Of a DNA stretch of 64,000 bases, positions 36,401 to 48,600 are shown one piece after another (position 1 is the first letter of the stretch; each line of letters starts with the position of its first letter). Source of the stretch: Anthoceros angustus (taxonomy: Eukaryota > Plantae > Anthocerotophyta). The stretch spans positions 868,001 to 932,000 of the forward strand of contig MU008171.1 in the NCBI GenBank assembly GCA_010909165.1. The letters run 5' to 3'. Both the position numbers and the translations under genes were made by a program. The notes below the pieces were generated by a model. The model was not told the origin of the DNA. It did no database searches and saw only the letters and a program-made list of their open reading frames with translations.

Positions 36401-38367
36401 AGAATCCAAGAGGAGCCGACCCGATCGGGAGATCATCAAGGCGATGGAAACCTTCGCAGAAAATTTTGGAGTCCATGAATGCATGCAAGTAAGAAGAGGC
36501 TATGTTGGCGACGATGAGCCAAAGCTTGAAGGAAGCCTTGGAAGGGCCAAAGGCGAAGGAGTGGAAAGAAGGATAGTGAGTATAACTCACTTATCAAGAA
36601 CAAGACTTGGGAAATCACTCCTCTACCCCAAGGAAGGAAGTGCATAGGATCCAAATGGGTGTTCAAGATCAAGCACACCGATGGGAGCATAGAGCGATAC
36701 AAAGCAAGGCTGGTGGGAAGGGATATACAAGTGCCGTATTGACTACACCGACACTTTCTCCCTTGCTAAGATAACATCCATTCGTATACTCTTAGCAATA
36801 GCTACCATATGGATCCGGAGATACATCACATGGATGTCCAAACTGCTTTCTCAATGGAGATTTGGAAGAAGAGATCTACATGAACCAACGAAGGGTATGA
36901 AGTGCCGGGGGAAAGTGAGGTATGTAAATTGCTAAAGGCACTCTATGGTCTTAAGCAACTGCACTTACCGGTATGTTAAGATTGACAAGTTCTTCCAAGC
37001 TAGAGGTTTCAAGAAAACCAATGGAGATTGGAACATCTATGTGAAGAGAGTGGGAGAGTCCATGATGATCATTGTCTATGTGGATGATCTAATCCTTGTT
37101 TGCAATGATTTGGAGCTCTTAGAGAGTGAAGAAGAGTCTTAATGATAGTTTTGATATGAGGGATCTAGGTGAACTTCATTACTTTCTAGGATAGAAGTAA
37201 TGAGAGAGCTAACAAGAAGATCTCTTTGAGCCAAAGGACATATGTTGAGAATGTCAAGCGCTTTGGAATGCAAGAGTGCAAGCTGTGAAGACACCAATGG
37301 TGCTTAATGAGAAGCTCTCAAAGGAGATGAGTCCTACAATCAAGAAGAGAAGGAGAAGGTAGATAAAACTCTCTATCGTTGTGATGCCTCACCTATTTAT
37401 CTAGGGACAAGGCCGACATTGCAGAGGCGTGGAGTTGCAAGTCAATTTATGGCTAACCTCGGACAATGTTTCAAGCCGTGAAGAGGATAATGAGGTACTT
37501 GAGTGGTACAAAGCATTGGAATTTGGTGTATCAGGAGCATCAGGAAGTCCGAGTGGTAGGATATTGTGATTCGATCGGAGATGTTGATAGTCGCAAGTCT
37601 ACGACGGATATGCGTTTATGCTGAATGGGGAGCCATTTCATGGAATAGTAGGAGACAACCATCGTGGCTCTATCCTCTGAAGGAATATATGGCAACATGC
37701 TCGGTCATGGAGGCGATATGGTTGCGTAACTTGCTAGAGGAGATGGGATTCAAGCAAGGAAGCAACAACAATCTTCAACGACAATCAAGGTTGCATCTTC
37801 TTAGCCAAGAATGCAACTTTTCATGAACCACATCAAGTGAAACATCACTTATAAGAGAGAAGGTAAAGTCAAAAGAGGTAAAGCTAGAGTATTGTCCAAC
37901 AGGAGACATGCCGGCAGATATTTTGACCAAAGCCTTGACTTTAGAAAAACATGCTAGGTTTAGCAAGATGCTAGGCCTAAGGGAATAATTTTGATATGTT
38001 GAGTGGGAGTGTTAGAAGTGATTTATTACAACATATCAAAATATGTTATGAAGAGTGCCCTAAAAGCAGGTTATGAAGTGTGCCCTAAAATAACAAACTT
38101 GAAAGTCATGCATCTTCTAGAAAGTATCTTCTAGAAAGTCCAAAAGTAAAGGGCAAGTCAAGTAACCAATAGGATTCAAGGTCAAGTGACCAATAGGATT
38201 CAAGGCTAGGACTATATAAGGCCAAGCCCACCTACTTGTAAGGGGTGGTGTGTGCAAGTGTCCTTGTGTGCTTGTGTGCTAGTTTCTAGTGTGCCTAGTG
38301 CATATAACCCATATTGTATGGGAGTGTTGTGTTCCCTCTCTATAAAGGCTCAGCTCTTTTCTTAACA
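33488..38367 (+). mobile_element. Full-length Ty1/copia retrotransposon (frameshifted ORFs)
   Basis: LTRs 33488-33841 and 38010-38367 (TGTTAG...TAACA). PBS tgatattagagcc. PPT gagtgggag. Near-TSD gatag/aatag. gag CCHC; integrase ALELVHADVCGP, LRSDNGGEY; RT and RNase H remnants. Confidence 0.95.
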
Positions 38368-38400
38368 AATAGTAGGTTATGCCTAGCAGGAGGAAATAGT

Positions 38401-39110
38401 GGTCACTTGCTTAGCGTCCAGTCGACCACCGCCGTGAAGGGTTGAGCTTCACAAGACCCTTGGTCACTCGCTTAGCGTCCAGTCGACCACCGCCGTGAAG
38501 GGTTGAGCTTCACAAGACCCTTGTCATTGTTGCTCTCCTAGATGGAGCAATACAAATTCTTGGCTTCTGGAGCACCGCCGTGAAGGGTTGAGCTTCACAA
38601 GACCCTTGGTCACCATGAAGGCCCAATGACCACCCCGTGAAGGGTTGAGCTTTTACACAGACCCTTGTCATTGTTGCTCTCCTAGATGGAGCAATACAAA
38701 TTCTTGGCTTCTGGAGCATTCTCGCTTCATCCGGAGCAATGACAGCAAACAATGATTGGGAAAGTGTGAGTAGCACTGAATTGAGCAGACACGCCTTGAG
38801 AGCCCACTTATAAAACGAAAGTGCCACAAAATTGCACAAGCACGTCGTACTCATGATGCGAAACAATGATTGGGAAAGTGTGAGTAATCAATTGAGCGTA
38901 CACGCCTTGAGAGCCCACTTATAAAACGAGTGCCACAAAATTGTAATGTACATGTCAGTACTCATGACGAAACAATGATTGGGAAAGTGTAGCATCAATT
39001 GACACGCCTTGAGAGCCCACTTATAAAACGAGTGCCACAAAAATTGCACAAGCATGCTGTACTCACGCAAACACGATAGTTGCATGCTCGAATATTCTAT
39101 GATTCAGAGT
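38401..39110 (+). repeat. Internally repetitive block homologous to 46420-46850 (3' flank of minus-strand germin copies)
   Basis: cttgtcattgttgctctcctagatggagcaatacaaattcttggcttc occurs at ~38520, ~38664 and ~46466. There are ~61-bp tandem copies of gcttagcgtccagtcgaccaccgccgtgaagggttgagcttcacaagaccc. Confidence 0.8.
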
Positions 39111-39231
39111 CATGCTATCTGCTACTACTGTAGAATGCATCATGAATCTGGAAAACAAAAACAAGGGCGTAGTTTATGGTTTTCAGTATAAGTGCACAAC
39201 AAAGTGCGGTTTGAAGAACTTGGCCGAGATA

Positions 39232-39450
39232 GCTCAGAAGTCGGTAGTGATGTCCTGGCCGGGATGCGTCATGATCCTCCTGATGTCTGCAGAATCGAGC
39301 GGTAGTCGCCCGCGGATTTTCTCCGAAAGTCTTGGGTGGGCGGTTCAAGGCCCACAAACCGGGCAGAGGGCAAGCAGAATGTAGCTTACCTGCAATCGCA
39401 CACACCGTTAACGTTGTCATGGATGAGCATGAGCTGCAATCTGCACGTTT
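39232..39450 (-). pseudogene. Germin-like exon 4 remnant
   Basis: ctcagaagtcggtagtgatgtcctggccgggatgc matches the germin C-terminus (GCIPGQDITTDF*). Intron-3 acceptor context is at ~39435-39470. Confidence 0.75.
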
Positions 39451-39617
39451 ACACATGGGTTGCAACGGATAAACATGGCGCGATCAATTCGCAATTTGCG
39501 CGATGGATTGCCACTCCAGTTCGCAATTTGGGCGCCAAGTTGTAGCTTTTACCTCTTCTTCCTAGTGATCTTTACCTTTAGTGCTTGTCTTGTCAGGAAC
39601 GCTTGATCAGCGGGAGA

Positions 39618-41733
39618 TACGTATCTTCATCTACGGTGTTTGGCTTCAACTCATTGTTCCGTAGCAGATGATAAATACAGTTGATCGGGTCGACGGCATG
39701 CATGGCGAGCTTTCTTCGCGATGGTTGCTGGTGAAGAGTTTCGTCAGGTGGCATGTATGCAGGAAGTGCTCCTCCACTTCCTTCATCGGAGCCACTTCTC
39801 CCAGGATGATTGTGACGCCTTCTGCAAAACTTTCCTGCATCAAGTCGATGTCCGGCGAGCACTAGCGGACCTTTCCTGGCTGGCAGCTTGCAGGTCCACC
39901 TCTTGGAGACCTGGTCATGGGGAGGAGCTGTAGCCATGTATGGTACCCTCAGGCACAGTGTGTTAGACGTAGGAGTACAGCCCACATCTTTCCTTGAATT
40001 TGACCTTTCTGTGATGGTACATGGAGAAGAAGGAACATGTTCCTATTCGCCTTTCTCACCCCGCCGAACCCTTGTGGGCGTGATTGCGAATCGCCAACCA
40101 TTCGCTCATCGAAAAGGCCACCAAGTCTTTCGCTAGACGCTGGCGTGATGCCCTGCATCAGATGCAGAGAAGGGAATACCTTCCTTTGGAGATTCGGCCT
40201 ATGCCTTCGGAGTGTACTTGACTAGTCCCTCTGCAAGGTAGAGTGGTAGATGAGGGACCCCATGGAAGCTAGGGATGGCCACTTTTGTTTTTCCGTCTGA
40301 GTAGAGTAGTTTCCGAGTCCTTGCCAGTCTGTTCGACTCCTTTGTAGGTCTGTTCAGACCTCAACTTGTACACAGTCCTGAGAAATGCGAATCTACACTA
40401 AAAAAAAAGACTGCTGATGAGTTTTTTCTTTGCCATTGTACAACAATGTGCTTATGGTTTCGAGGTTTATTTTTCGATGATAAATACATTGGTGGTCTCG
40501 TGCCCTTTTTCCTTCTCCAGTATATGATATATTTCTAGGAGTCTGGCGAGTTTGTCTCCACGATACGATACTATACGATACGATGCTGGATGCTGGCATG
40601 TTGCCTTTGCTTCTCCACGATACGATGCTATACGATACGATGCTGGCATTTGTTTTGCTTCTCCACGATCCTAGGTATACCATACTGGTCTCTCGCGCCA
40701 GGTGAAATGACACAGGGGTCGCTGGAGTGTGATGTACGTATCCGGCAAAGCAAACCCGCGCTTCTGAATAATAAGTTTGGAATTATCCTTTATCAAAACA
40801 GAGAGAGGAACAGAGTTTGGAGTTTGAAGTGTGTCTGCATGTAATTTTGTGGGTGAGACTTCTATCGGGCGCCGGGTTGTAGCGGGTCGTCCCATCATGG
40901 AACCCTCTTCCAACACCGGCTTCAAAACTTGACGTGATCGTTCCGGCCACCAGTCTGTCTCCTCAAAATACACAAGTTCGAATTCGTTGCGATGGCGATC
41001 GCTGCAGCTGGGGCCATTATCCTGCGTCAAGCGAGCTCCAGCCGGAGGCTGGTTGCCTCGTCGGAGTGGGGCTCCGTCAGCCTCATCGAGGCTTGCGTTT
41101 CCTTTTCAAGTGCAGGATAATGGCCATGGGTTGTAACCGCCGTACACTTCGGCGAGTGTGAGGCCTGAGAATGCGCCACTCAGTCTATCTAATAGTATCT
41201 GGTCCCACCCAGCTATCGGAATCATCAACGGCAGAGAGGGTTGCAGTTGCAGTGCGTGGAAAGTTTCAACAACCCACTAGGAAACTAAAAAAAGGAACAT
41301 AAACTAGAAACAATTGGTACTTGGAAAGGAAAAGATGATGAACAAAAACCAGGAACAACAGCAACCCACTTTGCACACTGATGGACTCCAGAAGCGGACT
41401 GCATACTCCAGTTGCTAGAACCAAGGTGGCAACGTCGACCCTGGGGCCTGGGCACCTCATCTATCTAGGGGCTCAGGGAACATGACCACATCTTGACGCA
41501 TGCATCAATTACCCTGCAAGCTGCCTGCAACGCCCAAGCCAGGCGCTAATTGTTTGCATGGTTCAAACTCTGTCCTCTGTCCTCTCACCAAGTGTGTGCA
41601 AGGCTTGGTGCGGAAGTCACGGCAATTATACAAAGACGGTGAATTCAGCGTGAGTCCCTGGTCGCTTCGGACCAAATCCCACGTGGGCCTGGCACCACAG
41701 GGAGTGATGTGCTTTGCCACACGTCGACGACTC
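39618..41733 (-). repeat. ~2.1 kb segment, inverted paralogue of 28722-30826
   Basis: See partner feature. Confidence 0.9.
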
Positions 41734-41979
41734 TGGGCGTCGATAGTGCCCATTGGCCAAGAGTGCGGGCCTCATCAGCTGCGCGCGCAGGTGTCGGCTC
41801 ATTTCTGGGAACACAGCAGATTCTAGTCAGTGCCTGGAGCCTGGAGTCAAGCTAAAAAATGGCGTGTCCCACAAACCAATTCTTTGGACTCCGGTCACAG
41901 GTGCAAGCAAGCGACTGCAAAATAGGTCATAGACGTGGGACCGACACCTTCGCCCACCCACTACCTGCGCTCTTGGGCA

Positions 41980-41986
41980 TATAAAT
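41980..41986 (+). promoter_or_regulatory. TATA box candidate for the germin-like gene at 42184
   Basis: TATAAAT ~200 bp upstream of the ATG. Confidence 0.4.
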
Positions 41987-42183
41987 GCAGTTGTGAGGCC
42001 CGTTCATGGGCATCCACAGCTTGGGCTCCTCACCAAGTCGATCACACCACCTCATCTCCAACACCAGGAGAACAGCCAACACAGCTCCAAGTGCATCGCT
42101 CGGTCGCAGACCGTTCATTGTCCCCAGACTCTTTCTCAGAGACAAGTGCGTAGTTTCGTACTCAGCTACAGCGCTCGACAAGT

Positions 42184-43277
42184 ATGCCCACCGCGATGGC
42201 ACCCCGGTCTGCCGCGCTGCTCCTTGTGGGCTGTGTGCTTTACAGCGTCATGACTGCTCCCAGTGCGCGGGCGGATCCTGACCCTCTCACCGACTTCCAG
42301 GCCGGAGTGGAGGAGTTCGTGTTTCGCGATTTGTACAAAAACACGGGTGTGAAGGGACCCGGCGGCATCCGCGCTGACCTCCCTGTCGCCAAGTTCCCTG
42401 CCCTCCAGTATGTTTCCCACAATTCCCTGCATTTCGTGTTTGATGGAATTACGGCATGTGGACGGATCGCGCGACCTGGTGGCAGATCTGCTAGTACTCA
42501 GAACCAACATAATATTTGCTGTATTATGTGTGTTATGCAGGTCACAGGGAATCACCGTTGTCAGATTCAAGCTGGTCCCGTGCGGTGAGAACTTGCCGCA
42601 CACGCACCCTCGGGCAACAGAGCTTCTCACTTTGTTGTCGGGTGGACCACTCCAAGTTGGCTTTGTCGACACCAATGGTGCGCACATTTGCATTGGCTTT
42701 CGTGTACATCTCTGTTGATCATGGATCAATCAATGGTAGTATGCATGTGCGCACGATTTCCAGTCTGCTCATATGGGTCATGCATGAATTCCCGTGGCAG
42801 GAACGGCTCACATCAGCATCCTGAATCCTGGCGACGTCGCCCTCTTCCCTCGGGGATTGCTGCATTTTGAGTTGAATGTGGGAACCGAGGAGGCAGAATT
42901 CATTTCGTCACTCAACAGCCAGAACCCTGGCTCTCTGGTAGGAAATCTTCCATAACCTTCAGGGCTGCGCCTCACCTTTCTCACTTGCGCACACTAGTTT
43001 GTACAGTTTGAGATGGGTGTGAGTTCAGATTTGGTACCAACGACGTCTAGCTCGTTCCTGACCGCTGCTTTTCCGTCCATTGAATCCGGTGTGTGTGCAG
43101 ATCGCAGCTCAGGCTCTGTTCCAGTTGCCTTCTCGCAGCCTGGCCGTTGCCCTGAACCAGCCAGCCCACACTTTGAAGAAGATCAATAACACACTGTACG
43201 ACTACCATGCTCCAGCTGTGCAGACCTCCAGCAAGTCCGGCTGCGTGCCTGGCAAGGACATCACCACCTCCTTCTGA
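42184..43277 (+). CDS. Germin-like protein (cupin_1), intact 4-exon gene: 42184-42407, 42541-42677, 42801-42937, 43101-43277
   Basis: Signal peptide + DPDPLTDF. Germin box 1 PCGENLPHTHPRATE and box 2 GDVALFPRGLLHFELN. GT-AG introns keep the frame. Confidence 0.93.
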
Positions 43278-44376
43278 GTGACGTGAACACGCGGAGCATT
43301 TCACTCTCAGGTAGTATGTACATGTGCTGCGAACAGTCGCTACAGCTCTATGGACCTGTGGAGTAAGTGAGCTTCTACATATGCACCCATGTATGCATAG
43401 GCGTTTTCCTGCGTCAGGATTCCAATAATATTCTTTTCTTCAATGTTTGCCCACCTGTGTACTAGTAGCACATACGCAGCTGTAAGTAGGTTGCAAAATG
43501 CCAATGCAATTTATATAAAGCTGGGCACTCAATTGAGCAGCCGGGCCTAGGCCACACCTTTCCAATCTGGAAATTTAGTACGATAAGATGAAATTCACAA
43601 CACAACATACCCACTGCACTGTACCCAGCTAGATACAGCTCTAGCCAGTTCCCGTATCTCTTTGTGGTGCCATTGCTTGGCATTGAGGCCATCAGAAAAG
43701 CACGCAGGATTTGTAGATGATAGGGTTCTTACAACAACCAATTAATGCTCGGCTTTCATTCCAATGTTGTGTTGTGCACATTTGCATTGGCATTCGTGTC
43801 TATGCTGTTGGTCAAGTATGACTACATGCAAGCGGGCAAGTATGTCATTCTTGCAGATTGTGGGAGCGATGAAGGTGAGGATCAGGAAAACAGATTTTCT
43901 TTCCCGGAGCCGAGGGAGGCTCCGGTCAAGGCTTTAATAAACGACCTGACGGAGGTGCAGGTGTTCAAAGACGGAACCTAAATTAGGGGAGGCAGTTCTG
44001 GGAGACCAAACTGGAGGAATGTGTCAGCCTAATCAAAATGCTGTATCTGCTTGGTCTCAAGACTGCCATTTCGTGTGCATTTCTTTTTCTTGTAAGTAAG
44101 TACTTTCTCAGGTCTGACCAGTCTTATTTCATACCTGAGGGGAATGATAATTAGTTGAACTGCCTTTGCTACATACATGTATAGCGAACCCATGACAACA
44201 TTTTGTGCAGGGTGTGTAGCCCAAAAACATCCAAGCCATGACATTCACCACGCCAGACAGGCGCACACACGATGGCTGGCTGACTCCAGATGGGGAACAA
44301 AAGGCGAACCGAGCCTAAAAAACAGAAGTTATTCGCGATTCAGTTGCAGTTTAAAGAATTGTCGGCAAAACGTGTC

Positions 44377-45416
44377 TCAGAAGTCGGTCGTAATGTCCTG
44401 GCCGGGAATGCAGCCAGACTTGCTGGATGTCTGCAGAACTGGAGCATGGTAATCGTACAGTGTCTTGCGAAGTTCCCGCAGAGCCTTGGGGTTTTGGTTC
44501 AGGGCAACAGCCAAACTGCGGGAGGGCAGCTGGAACAGAGCTTGAGCTGCAATCTGCACGTTTACACACGGGTTGTAACGGATAAGCATGCGGTGAAAGA
44601 TGTGAACTCAAGTTCGCAGCAAGCCTATCAAAGAATTTTCAATTGCAAACCGTCAATTTACGCCCGTTGCCTCTGTCTGCAAACCTACCAAAGAGCCAGG
44701 GTTCTCGCTGTTGAGGGAAGAAATGAACTCAGCATCCTCGGATCCCACATTCAACTCAAAATGCAGCAATCCACGAGGGAAGACGGTCACGTCGCCCGGT
44801 CTGAGGATGTTGATGTGCGCAGTTCCTGCCACACACATTCATCCAGCTTCATTATGACGAGCAGGTGGGAATTCGTGCGCACCAAAATTCATGAACAAAC
44901 GCTGTCACCAAGGCTTGCAAAATTGAGGTGCATACCATTGGTGTCGACAAATCCAACTTGGAGCGGCCCGCCCGACAACATGGTGAGGACCTCCGTTGCC
45001 CTCGGGTGCGTGTGCGGCAAGTTCTCACCGCACGGGAACAGCTTGAATCTCACTACCGTGATTCCTTGTGACCTACATTCAACACACACATGAATTCATT
45101 TCACGCATTTAGCTTCAGTACCAGGCTCAGGCTTACTGCTGCGGACCAGAATGGTGCCAAACAGCGGATTGTCAATGGCAATGTGCGCGATGCAGCAAAC
45201 GTACTTGAGGGCAGGGAACTTGGCGACGGGGAGGTCAGCGCGGATGCCACCCGGCCCCTGCACGCCGTTGTTTTTGAACACGTCCCGGAAAACAAATTCC
45301 TCCACCCCAGCTTCGAAGTCGGTGAGAGGGTCGGGATCGGCGCGCACGCCAGGAACAATGGCGAGGCTGTAGAGCAAACAACCAAGAAGGAAGAGCGCGG
45401 CATCCCGGGACGCCAT
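44377..45416 (-). CDS. Germin-like protein, intact 4-exon gene: 45416-45205, 45072-44936, 44825-44689, 44553-44377
   Basis: MASRDAALFLLG...ADPDPLTDF. GENLPHTHPRATE and PRGLLHFELNVG. GT-AG introns. Confidence 0.93.
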
Positions 45417-46102
45417 GCCCTCAGTTGTCTGTCTCTGTACTTTACACAAGTACTGTCTTCCGCGATGTTGCTGTGTGCATTCGCCACAGGAGTCACTGCT
45501 GTTGTACGTGAGATGGAGCGAAGTGCAAGTCGGGAGGGACTGCCAATGGACGATGGATGGCATGAAGCTCCTTGCCTTCCATTCTATACGTAGCTGCAGC
45601 CCAATCGCCGCTGCTGCAGCCTGTTTCTTCTTCATTCCCGTTGCCGTCGTTGACGACTGACTTGGGCTGCTCCGTACACGCGGTTTCGCTTTTTCTTTGA
45701 CTCGTAGTTTGAACGTTTGAACAGGGCGTTGGAGTCTATCTCAATTTCACAACGGACGTGCTTCCGTTTCGAATTTGAGTCCTGGGCCATTGATAGGTGC
45801 TGTTATGACCGGCATGTTGCTTCTCGGAACTTCTCAACAGCAACATAGTGGTATGACACACTGTGTCGATTGCAGGTTATGCCATCATCAAAAGAAAATA
45901 ATGTCATTACCCATCGCACGCTCACAGCTGAAGCCTTGAGCTCAACCACGTCTGGATGAAGGATGAAGGATGAAGGATTCCTGAGAAGAACGCACCTTTG
46001 GAGGATGTACTGCTTCACAGCAAAGGAAGAAAGCACCATATTAGACCCTCTTCTTGGGTGCTTTGACATCCCAAAGGATCACTACGAATCAGGTCTGGCG
46101 GT

Positions 46103-46290
46103 CTCATGAATACGTATGCCAAGTTAAGTGTCTGTCCAGAAGTATGGTGAATGCACAGTGTCTTTGGCTCCTTGTCCCAGAGGAATGTTGTATGCTGGAA
46201 TGCCATATTTGTTAGGTACGATGAGCAAGAGCAGGGTGGCTTAAGGTTTAGGGCTGAATCAGCTGGTACGAAACCGGATGACTTCACATG
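46103..46290 (+). pseudogene. PLS-class pentatricopeptide repeat (PPR) gene fragment
   Basis: LMNTYAK...HSVFGSLSQRNVVCWNAI..Y.EQEQ...GTKPDDFT follows the MYAKCG/VF..RNVVSWNAMI/G.KPD..T consensus. Confidence 0.7.
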
Positions 46291-46870
46291 TATGGAGGGG
46301 AGGCATCTATCCCTAAGCATTGCACCAAGGCTGGATACAGCTGAGTGTCACACCGTGACTGTGTGGAATAGGGGGAGTGGCAAACGTCTACATGCTCGTG
46401 GTGGATGGGGATCAGGAAGCTTAGCGTCCAGCCGTCCTCGCTGAAGGGCCGGGCCTCCCAAGAGCCTTGTCATTGTTGCTCTCCTAGATGGAGCAATACA
46501 AATTCTTGGCTTCGGGAGCATTCTGGCTTCATCCGGAGCAATGTGGCCAGGAGCAGCGGCAGCCTGTGCAGCAGGCAATGATGTGGGAAAGTGTCAAGGG
46601 GAACTGGTGACAATGGGCCCTGATTGGGCCTTGTTTTCAAAATATTGATCTCACTACATTCTGGGCAGGTTGTCTCCAAGGCTGCTGCTCAATCATAGCA
46701 ACACTAAGCCTCGATTGAATAGCCAAGCCTTGAGTGCCCACTCATAAAACAAGTGCCAAAAAACTTGCACAAGCATGGTGCGTGTCTGTACACCGCAAAC
46801 ACGATGGTTGCATGCTCGCATATTCTGTGATTCAGAGTCATGCTATCCGCTACTACTCGGCCGATATGGC

Positions 46871-47218
46871 TCAGAAGTCGGTTGTGATGTCCTGCCGGGG
46901 GATGCAGCCAGACTTGTTGGATGTCTGCAGAACTGGAGCGTGGTAGTCTTCGAGTGTCTTGCGGATTTTCTGCAAAGCCTTGGGTGGCTGGTTCAGGGCC
47001 ACAGCCAAACTGCGGGAGGGCAGCTGGAACAGAACTTGAGCTGCAATCTGCATAGTGCACGCACCCGCGGGTTGTAAGGGATGAGCATGGGGAAACAAAC
47101 TCCTCCACGCCAGCCTTGAAGTCTGTGAGAGGGTCGGGATCCGAGCGCACGCCGGGAGCATCACGAGGCTGTAATGCAAACAGCCCAGACGGAGCAGCGC
47201 GGCACCCTGAGACGCCAT
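46871..47218 (-). pseudogene. Germin-like pseudogene lacking exons 2-3 (all metal ligands lost)
   Basis: Partial exon 1 (SDPDPLTDFKAGVEEFV) is joined directly to the end of intron 3 and exon 4 (IAAQVLFQLPSRSL...ITTDF*). Confidence 0.85.
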
Positions 47219-47289
47219 TTCTTTAATTGGCAAGTTGAATGTGTGTAGTTCTACCAGTACTGTCTCTCAAATTGCACGTCTGCTATGGG

Positions 47290-48020
47290 CAGCTGCCCAC
47301 TCCAATCCACGCCGCTTGTAGGCCAGACTCTTGGTTTCGAGACAAGGAAGTGCTAGCTTTTGATGTGGAGTTTGTGGCAGCGTCTCGGATGGATCCGCTG
47401 GCAGGATTGAGAGCAACGGCGGGGTCTACCGTGCTCACAGCAAATTCCGCATCTACGATCTTGAGGCGGCGTGGAAGTGTGCCAGCTCCTTGAAATGGAT
47501 CCTCTTCTGGGTCGACTCCAATCACCAAGACACCATCCGCAACCTGCTCATTTTCGTACTGGGCTTGCGAAAGCGAACGTTCGATGACACATTCCAGGAC
47601 TCCGCCGACAAGTCCCAGACCCTGCGCATCACGAGCATCTTCGGCGGGCACTCCAATGATACCAAGAACGACCTGGGCCTGAAATTCCCGTCCCACGGGC
47701 CTTACCGCGACTTCATCCGCTCCTACTTCAATAACAGCCAAGTGCCCAGCTTCATGGTACCGGTAAGAAGTCGAGAAATCTGACAGAGTACGCCAAAGAG
47801 GCGGAATCCGCAGCCAGCTTCTGGGCTCAAGAATTGGACACTGGTGGAGAAGACAAGGTGAGGCCAGGGTTGTGCTTCGCACCACTGTGGCTTCGGCCGG
47901 CCAGTCCAGGCACATGGCCGCCAACCCACACGAAATGGAAGCCTATGACGAACTTCTGGTTGATTGCTTCCGGGATCCCACTCCAAGTGGTGGACGCCTA
48001 CGACCTGACATTCCCTTGAC
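47290..48020 (+). CDS. Unidentified, frameshifted coding sequence (possible 3'-5' exonuclease-like)
   Basis: A frame with C/G-ending codons runs DGSAGRIESNGGVY...LKWILFWVDSNHQDTIRNLLIFVLG...FGGHSNDTKNDLGLKF. The upstream VLAFDVEF resembles an ExoI DxE motif. Confidence 0.35.
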
Positions 48021-48189
48021 ACTTCGACAACAACTGCAGCGATGGAGGACACTAGGGCAGACCTCCTGCTCTCAAACCCTGGTTTGGACAAAGGGCCATC
48101 AGTAATTTGTCGATGTAATGCTTGCTCACATCCTGCTCAACGTTGCCTGCCCGCAGCAAAACACGATGGAAAGGGTTGTGTACCATGGA

Positions 48190-48600
48190 ATTCAGTCGGG
48201 GTATTGGTCCTCCAATTCGGACTGGTTGGGATTGTGACGGCTGCTTTCCATTGCAGCAAGTTTGACCAGGGTCTAATTCCGGCTGGTTGGAGAGCAAAGG
48301 CCTGTCCATTGCTGACGAGATTTCAAGACTGGAGTAACTTCGAATTCCGACTGGTTGAAATTGTGACCTTTGCTCTCCATTGCTGCAAGTTTCACCGGGG
48401 TCTTCCAATCCGACAGTACTGGTTGGAATTGTGAACGTTGCTTTCCATTGCTGACGAGTTTCACTGGGGTCCTCCAAGATTGATTGGTGGAATCGTGACC
48501 CGCTGCTTTACATTGCGAATAAGTTTCATCCAAGCTCTTCAAGTCGGACGGGTTGGAACTGTGACCGGTGCTTTCCATTGTTGTGCCATCCGCCTTATTC
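48190..48600. repeat. Minisatellite, about 6 copies of ~62-68 bp
   Basis: Core ctggttggaattgtga...gctttccattgc recurs at ~48221, 48282, 48350, 48418, 48481 and 48548. Confidence 0.8.

Noticed and set aside
38401-38720. CRISPR-like repeat-spacer array
   Set aside because: The repeats are contiguous tandem copies without unique spacers, the context is eukaryotic and no cas genes are present.
43745-43981. 78-aa ORF between the tail-to-tail germin genes
   Set aside because: No domain or supporting gene structure. It may be an exon fragment but cannot be supported.
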